From an uncultured cyanobacterium (GTDB taxonomy: Bacteria; Cyanobacteriota; Cyanobacteriia; Cyanobacteriales; Cyanobacteriaceae), in contig CAVQBA010000007.1 in NCBI GenBank assembly GCA_963710605.1, positions 480,001 through 544,000 of the forward strand: 64,000 nt of DNA. Reading direction: 5' to 3'. Below, in pieces: positions 53,966 through 64,000 of this stretch. The translations under genes and the position numbers were made by a program. A model generated the notes under the pieces. That model did no database searches. It was not told the origin of the DNA and saw nothing but the letters and a program-made list of their open reading frames with translations. Every line of letters starts with the position of its first letter. Position 1 is the stretch's first letter.

Positions 53966-54628
53966 TTAAAGTAAAGAGCGAAATCGCTCAAAGCCATGTA
54001 TTTTAATATAATCTTCCATGTATTTTTGCTTTAAAAAAGTTTCCAAGTTTAAATTATGTTTTAACCAAACCTTCTTATATTCATCTTCGTCTTCGTCATT
54101 TACCGTTGGCATACCATATTGACCAAAATGTATTATTTCTTGTTGATAACTCTCAAGTGTAGTTAAAACTATACTTGTAATACTACTAAAAAGACATATC
54201 ACAGAATAACAATCTTCTCCATCTACATATAATATAGGAGTATGATTGTCACTTTCACAATCAACAAAACGACAACCCATTTCATCATCATCAAACAGAG
54301 AAAATGAGTAACTCATCTTTTTGTCTTTTAAGAGATAATTTTCAATAAAACGAGTACGAGAATAATCTTCCTTAACATCTAATCTTATCGCTCTATCTAT
54401 AGGGAGATAGACTGGCTCAACTGTATATGCTGACCAAAATAATGGACGACAACCATTTCTCCATTCATATAATTCTTTAACTTCTTGTGGTAATTCAAAA
54501 TTAAGCTCTTGAGCAAATTTATCGATTTCTTCTTTTTCTAAGCCTAAAGGTAAACGATCGAAAACTTGTGGGTGATTTTTGGACAACCAATAATCAAGTA
54601 ATTCTAGTGCATCTGTTAATTCTGACAT
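53966..54628 (-). CDS. SMI1/KNR4 (SUKH) family protein
   Basis: WL..NHP...LPLGL..EEI......FELPQEVKELYEWRNG. Confidence 0.8.
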   Translation of the reverse strand: MSELTDALELLDYWLSKNHPQVFDRLPLGLEKEEIDKFAQELNFELPQEVKELYEWRNGCRPLFWSAYTVEPVYLPIDRAIRLDVKEDYSRTRFIENYLLKDKKMSYSFSLFDDDEMGCRFVDCESDNHTPILYVDGEDCYSVICLFSSITSIVLTTLESYQQEIIHFGQYGMPTVNDEDEDEYKKVWLKHNLNLETFLKQKYMEDYIKIHGFERFRSLL

Positions 54629-54676
54629 AGGGATAATATTGTAACGATCGATCGTCTTTTTAATTATAAAGAAGAA

Positions 54677-54700
54677 GGGTGCAAGCCTTGCACCCCTACA
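54677..54700. repeat. REP palindrome GGGTGCAAGCCTTGCACCCCTACA
   Basis: Perfect hairpin with GTAG on the minus strand; an inverted, interrupted copy lies at 54983-55060. Confidence 0.8.
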
Positions 54701-54726
54701 AGATGAATTTGTATTAATGTCATTGA

Positions 54727-55358
54727 TTAGAAAAGAAGATCGATCGTTATTTCCGACTGTATTACTTTTTCAGGATCGTCATCCCATTTTCGGGGATTAT
54801 TAATAATATATTGACGAATATTATCTAATTGTTTTTGGTCACGAATAATTGATTCATAATAATTTTTTTGCCAAACACGAATATTGCGATCGACACAAAT
54901 ACTTTTAATTTGTCTGGTGACGGCAGACTTAAAACCCGAAACAAACGTCGAAAGCGATTTCGGTTTACGTTGCCAACCCGACTGTAGGGGTGCAAGCGGT
55001 CAGAACCCGCTCAGGAGCGTAAGACGCAAGGGAACGCTGACCAAGACAGGTTTGCACCCTGATTATCTTTATCCTGATGAAGATTTCCATTATTATCAAT
55101 CACAACAATCCCATGAATATGATTAGGCATCACAACCCATTCGTCAAATTCAATTTCTTTTCTGATTTCACTTGAGTTTAACCATTCTTCCACAACCAAA
55201 TTACCTATTTGATTACGAATCATTTTTTCTTGAATAATTTCACCAAACAGACATTGTTTTTGGTAGGTACAAATAGTGACAAAATAATATCCAGACAGTG
55301 AATAATCATAGTTTGGTAAACGTATCGATCGACGATGATGATAATCTTGCAAATTCAT
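54727..55358 (-). pseudogene. REP-associated tyrosine transposase (RAYT, HUH/Y1), disrupted
   Basis: HRRSIRLPNYDYS..GYYFVTICT, VVMPNHIHGI (HUH); after a frameshift KSLSTFVSGFKSAVTR...WQKNYYESIIRD...IRQYIINNP.KW. Confidence 0.88.
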
Positions 55359-55545
55359 TATTTTACTCTCGATTAAGCATAAGCAAAAATTATATAATAG
55401 AAATTAAAGTTAAGTAAATCATGTAAAGTCTGTATTTTATTGCTTTACTTAAATATTAATCGTAATTAAAAATACCAAATATAGATCGATCAATCTAATT
55501 TCTTGCTACGATGAAGCATTAAATAAATAATTTAATAGTCAAGCG

Positions 55546-56391
55546 ATGGTTAATCTTAAAAGTAAATTAAGTTGGACAAATAAAATCGACAAACTGATGT
55601 TTGTTTTCGCTAGTTTGTATCTAATCACTACCTTAGGTTGGTTATGGAAACAACAACAACAATCCCAGATGTCAGCTAATACGATCGTTACTGAAGAAAA
55701 CATTACTACATCCACTGATATAGCATCTGATAATAATCAAGCTAGCGAATTACAACCATTGATACCCTTACCGACAATAGACGAAACATCGAACAACACT
55801 TTAATTGATTTAGCCAAAATCTCTCAGACAACAAATGCTACTCCGATTAATCTTCCGCCACCGTTACCACCACAACCCACCACTAATATTGTCGAAAATT
55901 TATCCCCTGTTGAAATAATCATTGAAGAAAAACCGCCAGCAAAAACAACCAAAAAAGTCTCATCACCTATTGCTAAGACTACCTCATCAACATCGCCTCA
56001 GAAAGTAAAAAAAGAAGTATCACCAAAAACTGTTTCTGCCCCCAAAAAACTTGCTCAAGTACCCACCATCGACAGTTTGCAATCATCAATTCAACAAGAA
56101 TCGAAAGTTCAGCAACAATCAACGGTTAATACTACTTCAGAATCTAAAACTGAAACGATTACGACAAATAACTTTAAACAATTAGATTATCAATACAGTT
56201 TAGTCGGTGTAGTACAATTACCCGAAGCTGAAAATTTTGCTTTGTTCAAGATAAATAGTTTAACCGAAAAAATATCTGTTGGGGCAGAAATTGGTACAAG
56301 TGGTTGGGTTTTGATGGGAGTCAACGGCACGCAAGCCACTATTAGCCGTCAAAATAAATCTCTCAATATTCGGGTAGGAGAAACTTTTTAA
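55546..56391 (+). CDS. Hypothetical membrane-anchored protein with a Pro/Thr-rich linker
   Basis: N-terminal TM; C-terminal LVGVVQL...ALF...GAEIGTSGW domain. Confidence 0.7.
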   Translation: MVNLKSKLSWTNKIDKLMFVFASLYLITTLGWLWKQQQQSQMSANTIVTEENITTSTDIASDNNQASELQPLIPLPTIDETSNNTLIDLAKISQTTNATPINLPPPLPPQPTTNIVENLSPVEIIIEEKPPAKTTKKVSSPIAKTTSSTSPQKVKKEVSPKTVSAPKKLAQVPTIDSLQSSIQQESKVQQQSTVNTTSESKTETITTNNFKQLDYQYSLVGVVQLPEAENFALFKINSLTEKISVGAEIGTSGWVLMGVNGTQATISRQNKSLNIRVGETF

Positions 56392-56529
56392 TCGATAGTT
56401 AGATGATAAGCTAATTTTTTTGGGGATTTAACTAGTTAAACATTATTAATTAAAGGTATATTGAAAACAAGAAGCGATCGTGCTTATCATTGAATATTAA
56501 CTACTATTTATTTATTTATAATTAATATT

Positions 56530-57078
56530 ATGGGCTTATTTGAAGATTTTGGAACTTTCTTAGAATCTCGTTTAGATGAATTTTTACAAAGTAATCCTGA
56601 GCTAAATTTAACACTTTTAGGTCAAGAAATTAAACAACAAAAAAAAGATACTTTACAACTAATTTCTAATTTAGAGTCACAGCAAAAAAACTTAGAAAGC
56701 AAAATTGTCTCTCTAGGTCAAGAAATTTCTGGTTGGCATAGTCGAATAGAAAAAGCTAAACAAGGACAAAGATTTGATTTGGCTCAAGAAGCAGAGAAAA
56801 GACAAGCATCTTTACTAAAAGACGGTAATCTTACTTGGCAAAAAATGGAAGAAGTCAAACAGAAAAATGTCCAAGCCAAAAAATTAATGGTTACCTTAGA
56901 AGAAAAACAAAGAGAGCTTAATTTGAAGATGGAACAACTTAAAAAAGAAACGAAAACTTATTCAGCACCAAATAAAACTGCTACTAATAAATATACTCCT
57001 GATAATGATTTAGAAATTAAATTCCAACAATGGGAAGTAGAACAAGAATTACAAAAAATGAAAGAAAATTTATCTTAA
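56530..57078 (+). CDS. TIGR04376-like coiled-coil protein (PspA/Vipp1-related)
   Basis: MGLFEDF..FLESRLDEFL..NP, W..RIEKAK...R.DLA.EA, LE.KFQQWE. Confidence 0.75.
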   Translation: MGLFEDFGTFLESRLDEFLQSNPELNLTLLGQEIKQQKKDTLQLISNLESQQKNLESKIVSLGQEISGWHSRIEKAKQGQRFDLAQEAEKRQASLLKDGNLTWQKMEEVKQKNVQAKKLMVTLEEKQRELNLKMEQLKKETKTYSAPNKTATNKYTPDNDLEIKFQQWEVEQELQKMKENLS

Positions 57079-57255
57079 AATAATACAAAAAATCAGTTTA
57101 ATTCTCTTGAAAAAAGAATAAGTAAAAGAATAAAAATCTTCAAATAATCACAAGCTTTTAACGATAATTTGTTTATTTTTTAATCTTAATAGGGCGATAA
57201 AACGCCCATATTATTTATTTTTTTTAATAATTATGAAATATCGTGAATTGAACTT

Positions 57256-57735
57256 TTATGACATTTTACCGATAATTTTTAGCACAATTTGCATACCACT
57301 TACAGCTTGCCAACCAAAAACTAATAACATACTCATATTAATGCCCACATGACTTAATCTGGCTAAATCATTACCTTTTTTCATGTAAGGAACTAATGAA
57401 GCAGAAACAGCTACCATAGACATCATTCCTAAGCCAGCAAGTAGGTGAGGTCCGACAAATAATTTACCGTTGTTAATGTAGGTAGCTGCCATACCACCAA
57501 CTGTACCTAAGACAACCAAAGCTAAAAAAATTGAGCCAACTTGATGATGACGCTCTTTGAAATTGCCTTTGATTAATTCTTTTCTGGTTTCTTTATCTGT
57601 CTCTGGTACACGAATTTTTTTAGCTTTAAGACCTAAATATAACGCATATATAGCCATACCAAATAATACCCACATCAAAATTGGATGGGTAAATTGTGAC
57701 CATGTTTTAATCGATTCGGGAATTTCAAAATTCAT
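57256..57735 (-). CDS. DUF4079-family membrane protein
   Basis: HPILMW, RHHQVGS, NNGKLFVGPHLLAGL. Confidence 0.8.
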   Translation of the reverse strand: MNFEIPESIKTWSQFTHPILMWVLFGMAIYALYLGLKAKKIRVPETDKETRKELIKGNFKERHHQVGSIFLALVVLGTVGGMAATYINNGKLFVGPHLLAGLGMMSMVAVSASLVPYMKKGNDLARLSHVGINMSMLLVFGWQAVSGMQIVLKIIGKMS

Positions 57736-58061
57736 TTTTATCTTATCCTATGATGAGCAAAAATTCAGATAACTTTACACAATAATATATCATTTAACAG
57801 TGCCAAGAGTGCCAAGAGTGAACAATTAACAATAAATAATTAACAGTAAATACTCCTGACTCCTGAAATTCTGAATTCTTATTTAATTCTTAATTATTAC
57901 CCATCGTGAATTAACAATACATTTAAACTACTTTATGTTGATTTGTGTAGCTCTCAATTAGAGAAAAAAAAGTAGAAGTAGAAGCAACCGTAATGCACAG
58001 AATCACAAGATTGTGTCACAATCAAAAGAAGAAATAAATAAGCACGATGTAGGAATAGAAG

Positions 58062-58748
58062 ATGAATTCACCAATTCAAGCGGTACAAGCACCCTATAGA
58101 GGAGATGCTTCATATCGTACACCACCACCTGATTTACCATCTTTACTGTTAAAAGAGAGAATTGTTTATTTAGGTTTACCCCTTGTATCTTCTGATGAAT
58201 ATAAAGATCAATTAGGGGTAGATGTAACTGAATTGATTATCGCTCAATTATTATACTTACAATTTGACGATCCTGAAAAACCAATTTTTCTTTATATTAA
58301 TTCTACAGGTACATCGTGGTATGGTGGAGATGCGATCGGTTTTGAAACAGAAGCCTTTGCTATTTGCGATACGATTAGCTACATAAAACCTCCGGTACAT
58401 ACTATCTGTTTAGGTCAAGCAATGGGTACAGCGGCGATGATTCTTGCTTCTGGTTCAAAAGGCTGTAGAGCAAGTTTACCCCATGCAACTATTATTCTTA
58501 ATCAAGCCCGACAAGGAGCGCAAGGACAGGCTACAGATATTCAAATTCGGGCAAGAGAAGTCATTGCGAATAAAAAAATGATGATTAATATACTCTCGGA
58601 AAAAACTGGACAAGCACCAGAACAAATTGAGAAAGATACCGATCGTATGTTTTATCTTAATCCTGAACAAGCAAAAGAATACGGTTTAATTGACAAAATT
58701 TTAGAAAGTACTACGCAATTACCTGTACCTGTACCTGGTGTTAGATAA
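58062..58748 (+). CDS. clpR: Non-catalytic Clp protease subunit ClpR
   Basis: RTPPPDLPSLLLKERIVYLG; catalytic Ser absent (GQAMGTAA). Confidence 0.9.
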   Translation: MNSPIQAVQAPYRGDASYRTPPPDLPSLLLKERIVYLGLPLVSSDEYKDQLGVDVTELIIAQLLYLQFDDPEKPIFLYINSTGTSWYGGDAIGFETEAFAICDTISYIKPPVHTICLGQAMGTAAMILASGSKGCRASLPHATIILNQARQGAQGQATDIQIRAREVIANKKMMINILSEKTGQAPEQIEKDTDRMFYLNPEQAKEYGLIDKILESTTQLPVPVPGVR

Positions 58749-58818
58749 CATTTGCATTTTACACCATTAAATTACTTTACCTTTTCACTAAATTTATCTT
58801 ACTGAGGAAATAAATAAA

Positions 58819-59418
58819 ATGCCTATTGGAGTACCAAGAGTACCATATCAATTACCCGGACAAGCATACAGCGACTGGGTTAATATTTACGATCGTCTTT
58901 ATCGAGAAAGAATTATCTTTCTAGGAAGAGGAGTAAATGACGGTATCGCCAATCAAATTATTGCCGTAATGCTCTATCTTGATTCAGAAGATAACACCAA
59001 ACCAATTTATCTTTACATCAACTCTCCAGGTGGTTCAGTCACCGCCGGTTTGGCTATCTATGACACTATACAACACATTAAATCTGACGTTGTTACCATT
59101 TGTGTCGGTTTAGCCGCTTCTATGGGTGCATTCTTACTCACTTCTGGAACGAAAGGTAAACGTTTGGCATTACCTCATTCTCGGATTATGATTCACCAAC
59201 CTTTAGGTGGTGTACAAGGGCGACGTCAAGCAACTGATATTGAAATTGAAGCTAAAGAAATTATTCGGATTAAAGGTGACTTGAACCAAATGATGGCTCA
59301 TCATACAGGTCAAACGATCGAAAAAATTGAAAAAGATACCGATCGTGATTACTTTATGTCTGCTCATGAAGCTAAAGAATATGGTCTTATTGATAAAGTG
59401 ATTGAAGATAGAGTTTAG
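58819..59418 (+). CDS. clpP: ATP-dependent Clp protease proteolytic subunit (ClpP3 type)
   Basis: [23 protein letters not shown]. Confidence 0.95.
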   Translation: MPIGVPRVPYQLPGQAYSDWVNIYDRLYRERIIFLGRGVNDGIANQIIAVMLYLDSEDNTKPIYLYINSPGGSVTAGLAIYDTIQHIKSDVVTICVGLAASMGAFLLTSGTKGKRLALPHSRIMIHQPLGGVQGRRQATDIEIEAKEIIRIKGDLNQMMAHHTGQTIEKIEKDTDRDYFMSAHEAKEYGLIDKVIEDRV

Positions 59419-59895
59419 TCTAGTTGTCATTTTAATCATAGATTGCTTATAAATCCCCCTAATCTTCTTTAGGGGGCTATTTTATTGGAGATATTTAAAA
59501 GGATTAGAAAAGTTTTTTGTTAGCTAATCATCAGCTTGTTTTTGCTTTTACCATTAAGTTTTTTACTATTTCAGAACTATCACGAATAACCCGAATGCAA
59601 GTACGAGTAATATGAGCAAATAAATACGATCGTCTTTCTAATTCTTATCATAAAAGGTTAAAGATATTTAAGATTATCAGAGAAAAATATCGTCACAAAA
59701 GACGAGAAGATAAAAGAAGATATGCGATTAATACTAAGAATATACAATTACGAAAGATAATTTTTATAACATTAAGATACAGCGATCGATCGATATTTGT
59801 AAATGGTCAGTATAATCTACATATAGCGAGTATAATTTGGCAATAAATCTTTTGTTTAAGTACCGTTAATAAACTGATAATAAAAGCATAATTTT

Positions 59896-61461
59896 ATGAG
59901 TAAACTATTACTATTAGGTTTAGATGGTGGTGATATTAACTATATTCGATCTAGAGCATCTGTCTTACCTTGTTTTGCCAGTAAATTAAAGTCCGATCGA
60001 TTATTAATTTTAGACACACCCAAAGCATTAAGTGGTTCGGTATGGCCAACATTTTATAACGGTGTTAATCCCGCAGTGCATGGTGTTTATCAACATTTGG
60101 TTTGGGATGCTCAAAACATGGCGATTAGATTGATTGGAAATGATTGGTGTTACAATCGACCTTTTTGGCAAGAGATAGAAGACAAATTAAATAAAAAAGC
60201 AATGGTGTTAGATATTCCCTACAGCTTTGCTAACACCCTTAATCAAGGCGTACAAATTATCGATTGGGCTAGTCACGGACAAACTTTTCCTACTAATTGT
60301 AATTGTCCACAAGCTCAAGCTATTTTAAAGAAAATTGGCAAAAGCCCCATTAAAAGAGAAACTCCAATTGAAAAAAACCCTCATCAACTACAAAAGATCG
60401 AACAAAGTATCTTGAAAAGTGCTCAGTTGAAAGGAAAATTAATTCAAGAATTAGCAACCAAGATCGATTACGATTTGTTTATTGCCGTTTTTGCGGAAAC
60501 CCATCGAGGTGGACACGCATTTTTTGGTGATGAAGACGAACAAGACTTTAATGGTAATATCACACCTAATTTAAGAATATATCAGGCAGTCGATCGAGCT
60601 ATTGCCGAAATTATTGCTAATGTGGATGACGATACTCAAGTAGTTATATTTTCCGTTCATGGTATGGCAAGAGATTATTCTCAAGGACATATTACTCGCC
60701 CCGTGATGAAGAAAATTAATGAAGTATTTTTAGAAAAATATTGTCAGATTCCTCCTCGCCCTCAAGTCAAAGCTAATAGTATTGTGCCTTATTTACGAAA
60801 AGTTGTTCCTTCTCAGTTGCAATACTTTGTGGGTGCTAATTCCCCTGATTTTGTCAGACGATGGGTAGTAGAAAAAGAAATTATTGGTGGTTTGGATTGG
60901 AGTCGAACCCCTTGCTTTGTCTTACGATCGGATATTAGAACAGAATTAAGATACAATTTAATCGATCGAGAATCTCAAGGTTTTTTAGAAGCTAATAGCA
61001 CATTACATAAGCAATACACTAATTTTTGTCGAGAAGTACTTTTTAGTATAGAAGATGCTGAAACTCAAGAGAAACTAGTTGATGATTTAATTGATACTCG
61101 TCAAGAGTTTTCAGGTCAAAATAGCGATCGTTTACCCGATTTAGTGATTTGTTGGCAACGGGGTAAACCTCCAGTCAGATCGGTTTATTCACCACTAATA
61201 GGGCGTATTGAAGTCAAACCTTCAGGAGCTAGAACAGGTGATCACCCTGACACAGATAGTGGTTTTATTATTATTCCTCCTGAATTAGAAAACCTCTCTC
61301 CTTTAAATAAAGTTGAAGATTTTGCTGGTTTTTGCCATAATTTTTTCAATAAGGACATTTCCCTGAAAAAAAGTACCAACCCCTCTCCAGCACTTTTACC
61401 TCACTCCCAGCCCCTCTCCTCTCAGGAGAGGGGAGTTAGAATTAAAAAAAACTTATGGTAA
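59896..61461 (+). CDS. Alkaline-phosphatase superfamily (type I phosphodiesterase/nucleotide pyrophosphatase-like) protein
   Basis: LLLGLDGG, VWPTFYNG.NP..HG, ETHRGGH, FSVHGM, TGDH. Confidence 0.8.
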   Translation: MSKLLLLGLDGGDINYIRSRASVLPCFASKLKSDRLLILDTPKALSGSVWPTFYNGVNPAVHGVYQHLVWDAQNMAIRLIGNDWCYNRPFWQEIEDKLNKKAMVLDIPYSFANTLNQGVQIIDWASHGQTFPTNCNCPQAQAILKKIGKSPIKRETPIEKNPHQLQKIEQSILKSAQLKGKLIQELATKIDYDLFIAVFAETHRGGHAFFGDEDEQDFNGNITPNLRIYQAVDRAIAEIIANVDDDTQVVIFSVHGMARDYSQGHITRPVMKKINEVFLEKYCQIPPRPQVKANSIVPYLRKVVPSQLQYFVGANSPDFVRRWVVEKEIIGGLDWSRTPCFVLRSDIRTELRYNLIDRESQGFLEANSTLHKQYTNFCREVLFSIEDAETQEKLVDDLIDTRQEFSGQNSDRLPDLVICWQRGKPPVRSVYSPLIGRIEVKPSGARTGDHPDTDSGFIIIPPELENLSPLNKVEDFAGFCHNFFNKDISLKKSTNPSPALLPHSQPLSSQERGVRIKKNLW

Positions 61462-61566
61462 TCACTTCTGGTATTTTTATTAGTAGAAATTACCCTAACT
61501 TTTAACTTTTAACTTTATTTTGCCTCTTGCCTCTTTTCACTAGTAAACTTAGATGCGAACTAGCTT

Positions 61567-62610
61567 ATGATTTATAAAAATCCGCTACGTTACCTGCAAA
61601 GTATTTATCGTCAATTTTTACCCCTTACTCAAACCGTTGGAGGAGTAATTGACGATCGACAATCGGTAGAAATGGCTTACAGTACTCTTGGTAGAACTAA
61701 TCTAAAAATTAGTGTCATGTCTTTAGGCTGTGGTGGACATAGTCGTTTAGGATTACGATCGGGAAAAAGTAAAAAGGAAGTAAAAGTATTAATAAAACGG
61801 GCTTTGGATTTAGGGATTAATTGTATTGACACTGCTAACGATTATGGTACAGAACTTTTTATTGGTAATTTTATCCAAGATATACCCAGAGATAAATTGA
61901 TTCTTTCTAGTAAGATTCGTAGTCGCAATTTATTTAAACAGCAGATTAGTGAAAAAATGTTGACTAAATCTCTCGAAAAATCCTTACGAGATTTACAAAC
62001 TGATTATATAGATATTTATCATTTAGCTTCGGTTTCTCCTCAAGACTACAGTTATGTGCAACAAGAATTAATCCCCTGTTTACAAAAGCACCAACAAGCA
62101 GGAAAAATACGTTATTTGGGTATCACCGAACAATTTAACCGAGATACTAGTCATCAAATGCTCCAATTAGCATTAAAAGATGATTGTTGGGATGTAATGA
62201 TGGTAGGTTTCAATCTTTTTAATCAATCTGCTCGTGATTTAGTTTTTCCCCTTACTCAAGACAAAAATATTGGTGTGATGGTGATGTATGCAGTGCGTAA
62301 AGCCTTAAAATCAGCAGAGCAATTTCAAGAAGCAGTCAAAACGTTACAAGAATCAGGGAATTTAACCACCGATAAAACAACTCAAGAAATTCTGGGGGAG
62401 TTACTGGGTAATTCTCATCAAACTATCCAAGACATAGCTTATCGTTATTGCCGTCATCAACAAGGAGTCAACACCGTACTTTCTGGCACTGGTAGTTTAA
62501 CTCACTTAGAAGAAAATATCCTTTCTTTAAATCGCCCCTGTTTACCATCGAATAAATTAGAAACGATCGAGGATTTATTTCGTAATGTTAAAGATTTTTC
62601 GGGAAATTAA
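61567..62610 (+). CDS. Aldo/keto reductase
   Basis: LGRTNLKIS..SLG, GINCIDTA..YG.E, SLRDLQTDYIDIYHL, GKIRYLG; probable start at MAYSTLG. Confidence 0.88.
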   Translation: MIYKNPLRYLQSIYRQFLPLTQTVGGVIDDRQSVEMAYSTLGRTNLKISVMSLGCGGHSRLGLRSGKSKKEVKVLIKRALDLGINCIDTANDYGTELFIGNFIQDIPRDKLILSSKIRSRNLFKQQISEKMLTKSLEKSLRDLQTDYIDIYHLASVSPQDYSYVQQELIPCLQKHQQAGKIRYLGITEQFNRDTSHQMLQLALKDDCWDVMMVGFNLFNQSARDLVFPLTQDKNIGVMVMYAVRKALKSAEQFQEAVKTLQESGNLTTDKTTQEILGELLGNSHQTIQDIAYRYCRHQQGVNTVLSGTGSLTHLEENILSLNRPCLPSNKLETIEDLFRNVKDFSGN

Positions 62611-62808
62611 ACACATCGAGAGAAAGTGAATTACCATAAACAGATTAAAGTGTTTCAAGTCTGTCATCAAGAGCGAAAACTAAACCGAAAAAATTCTGTA
62701 AATTCAATCGTTCTGTTCTATTGAGATAAAAACATTAAAGGATTATTGACCGAAGAAGCGATCGTTTCAAAAATTTCAGATATTGTTTATTCAATTTAAA
62801 GATTAATT

Positions 62809-64000
62809 ATGGTCACAGCAAATGAGCATCGTGTTTTAATGTTAGGTCTTGATTCAGCCGAAATTAGCTTTATAAAAAAGCATTTAGATCAATTTCCTAA
62901 TCTATATCAGCTAAGTCAACAAGGATGTTTTCAAGGTTTAAAAAATTACTCTGATTATATGAGTGCCTGTGTTTGGTCAACATTTTACACGGGTTTGCCT
63001 CCAGGGGAGCATGGATTTTATTACCCTATGCAATGGAATCCTGAAACTATGCAACTACGTAGAGTTTTACAAGATTGGTTTTATCTTGAGCCTTTTTGGT
63101 ACGAACTAGCTAGAGAAGGTTATCCTGTCACCGCCGTGGATATACAAACCCAGTTTCCTAGTCGTACTCCTTTAGGTAAAGAGATTACTAATTGGGGTTC
63201 GCAATCGTATTTAGGAGGTAGTAGCAATCCCCCTGAGTTAATTAGGGAAGTCAATAAAAAATTTGGTAAGCATCCTATGGGGCATGATGTGGTGCTACCA
63301 AAAAATGAGCGACAAAGTAAAAAAATACTCCAAGAAATTTTTGCAGGATTGCAGACACGGGGACAATTATTCAGCTACATGATGACTGAGACTGATTGGA
63401 AGTTATTTTTAGGTGTCTTTACTGAAACCCATCGAGGGGGACATTATTTTTGGCCTTACGATGAAGATGATACCCGTTTATTATCGATTGTCCAAGCTGT
63501 TGATGCGGAAATTGGTAAGTTACTCAAGTTAGTGGATATGGATAAAACTACAGTCATAATTTTTTCTCTTCATGGTATGAGTGAAAACAGAACTCAAATG
63601 CACTTTTTACCCCAAATAATGGATAGGATTAACATTGCTTTTTCTCATGAAGACAAAACCTATCCAGATAACCATCAAAATTCTTTAACTTCTAAAGGTT
63701 TGATGCGAACTCTGCGAGAAAATTTACCCACAAATATTCAATATTTGATTGCCGATAACACTCCCGACTCAGTTCGAGATTGGGTAGTCAACCGTCAGTT
63801 TATTGGTGCTTTAGATTGGAGTAAAACCAGAGGATTTGTCATGCCTTCGGGAAGTGAAGGTTATATTAGACTGAATTTGAAAGGGCGAGAGCGTGATGGT
63901 TGTTTAACCTATGGAAGTGAGGAATATCAACAATATTGTGATTTTATTGTCAAATGTTTTAATTCCCTGAAAGTTGATGAAACTGGAGAATCTGTAGTTG
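62809..64000 (+). CDS. Second alkaline-phosphatase superfamily paralog (runs off the window end; absent from the ORF track)
   Basis: Manual translation MVTANEHRVLMLGLDSAE...VWSTFYTGLPPGEHG...ETHRGGHYFW...FSLHGM...LDWSKTRGF, collinear with 59896-61461. Confidence 0.85.
   Translation, partial: MVTANEHRVLMLGLDSAEISFIKKHLDQFPNLYQLSQQGCFQGLKNYSDYMSACVWSTFYTGLPPGEHGFYYPMQWNPETMQLRRVLQDWFYLEPFWYELAREGYPVTAVDIQTQFPSRTPLGKEITNWGSQSYLGGSSNPPELIREVNKKFGKHPMGHDVVLPKNERQSKKILQEIFAGLQTRGQLFSYMMTETDWKLFLGVFTETHRGGHYFWPYDEDDTRLLSIVQAVDAEIGKLLKLVDMDKTTVIIFSLHGMSENRTQMHFLPQIMDRINIAFSHEDKTYPDNHQNSLTSKGLMRTLRENLPTNIQYLIADNTPDSVRDWVVNRQFIGALDWSKTRGFVMPSGSEGYIRLNLKGRERDGCLTYGSEEYQQYCDFIVKCFNSLKVDETGESVV

Noticed and set aside
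54884-55126. 80-aa plus-strand ORF
   Set aside because: Antisense to the RAYT pseudogene and spans the inserted repeat; no independent support.

Overview
Low-GC (AT-rich) chromosomal window from an oxygenic cyanobacterium, probably a unicellular Cyanobacterium/Geminocystis-like strain (inference from gene content, AT richness and dense CGATCG HIP1-core sites). Most of it is core genome: psbN/psbH/tatA, ftrC, folC, rpsP-khpA, nblA, nadB, tmRNA, ppc, ubiD, a C-terminal protease, mgtE, tRNA-Ser(GCT), ocp-frp, rpsL-rpsG-fusA-tuf-rpsJ-rpmI-rplT, rbcLXS and clpR-clpP. Single-base frameshifts in rbcL, fusA and ocp look like assembly indels. Four accessory patches stand out. (1) 17.8-20.5 kb, the best candidate for an undescribed system: two tandem copies of a module in which a complete pentapeptide-repeat gene (+) lies exactly in register, antisense, inside a longer HExxH metallopeptidase-like ORF (-). 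The flanks are near-identical between copies, the pentapeptide cassettes differ, the switch point is the pentapeptide ATG, and the pentapeptide genes avoid TTA/CTA/TCA codons. (2) 26-30.2 kb: three type II toxin-antitoxin pairs in which every toxin is broken and every antitoxin is intact; one toxin (yoeB) is split precisely by an intact TnpB-only IS200/IS605 element. (3) 54-55.4 kb: an orphan SMI1/KNR4 gene beside a REP-associated tyrosine transposase disrupted by a 53-nt mini-insertion. (4) 59.9-64 kb: two alkaline-phosphatase-superfamily paralogs flanking an aldo/keto reductase. There is also a DEDDh exonuclease-AAA ATPase fusion, 24-nt insertions flanked by CGATCG, heptamer tandem repeats and REP-like palindromes, several of them translated in frame. 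All calls are from manual reading; no searches were run.
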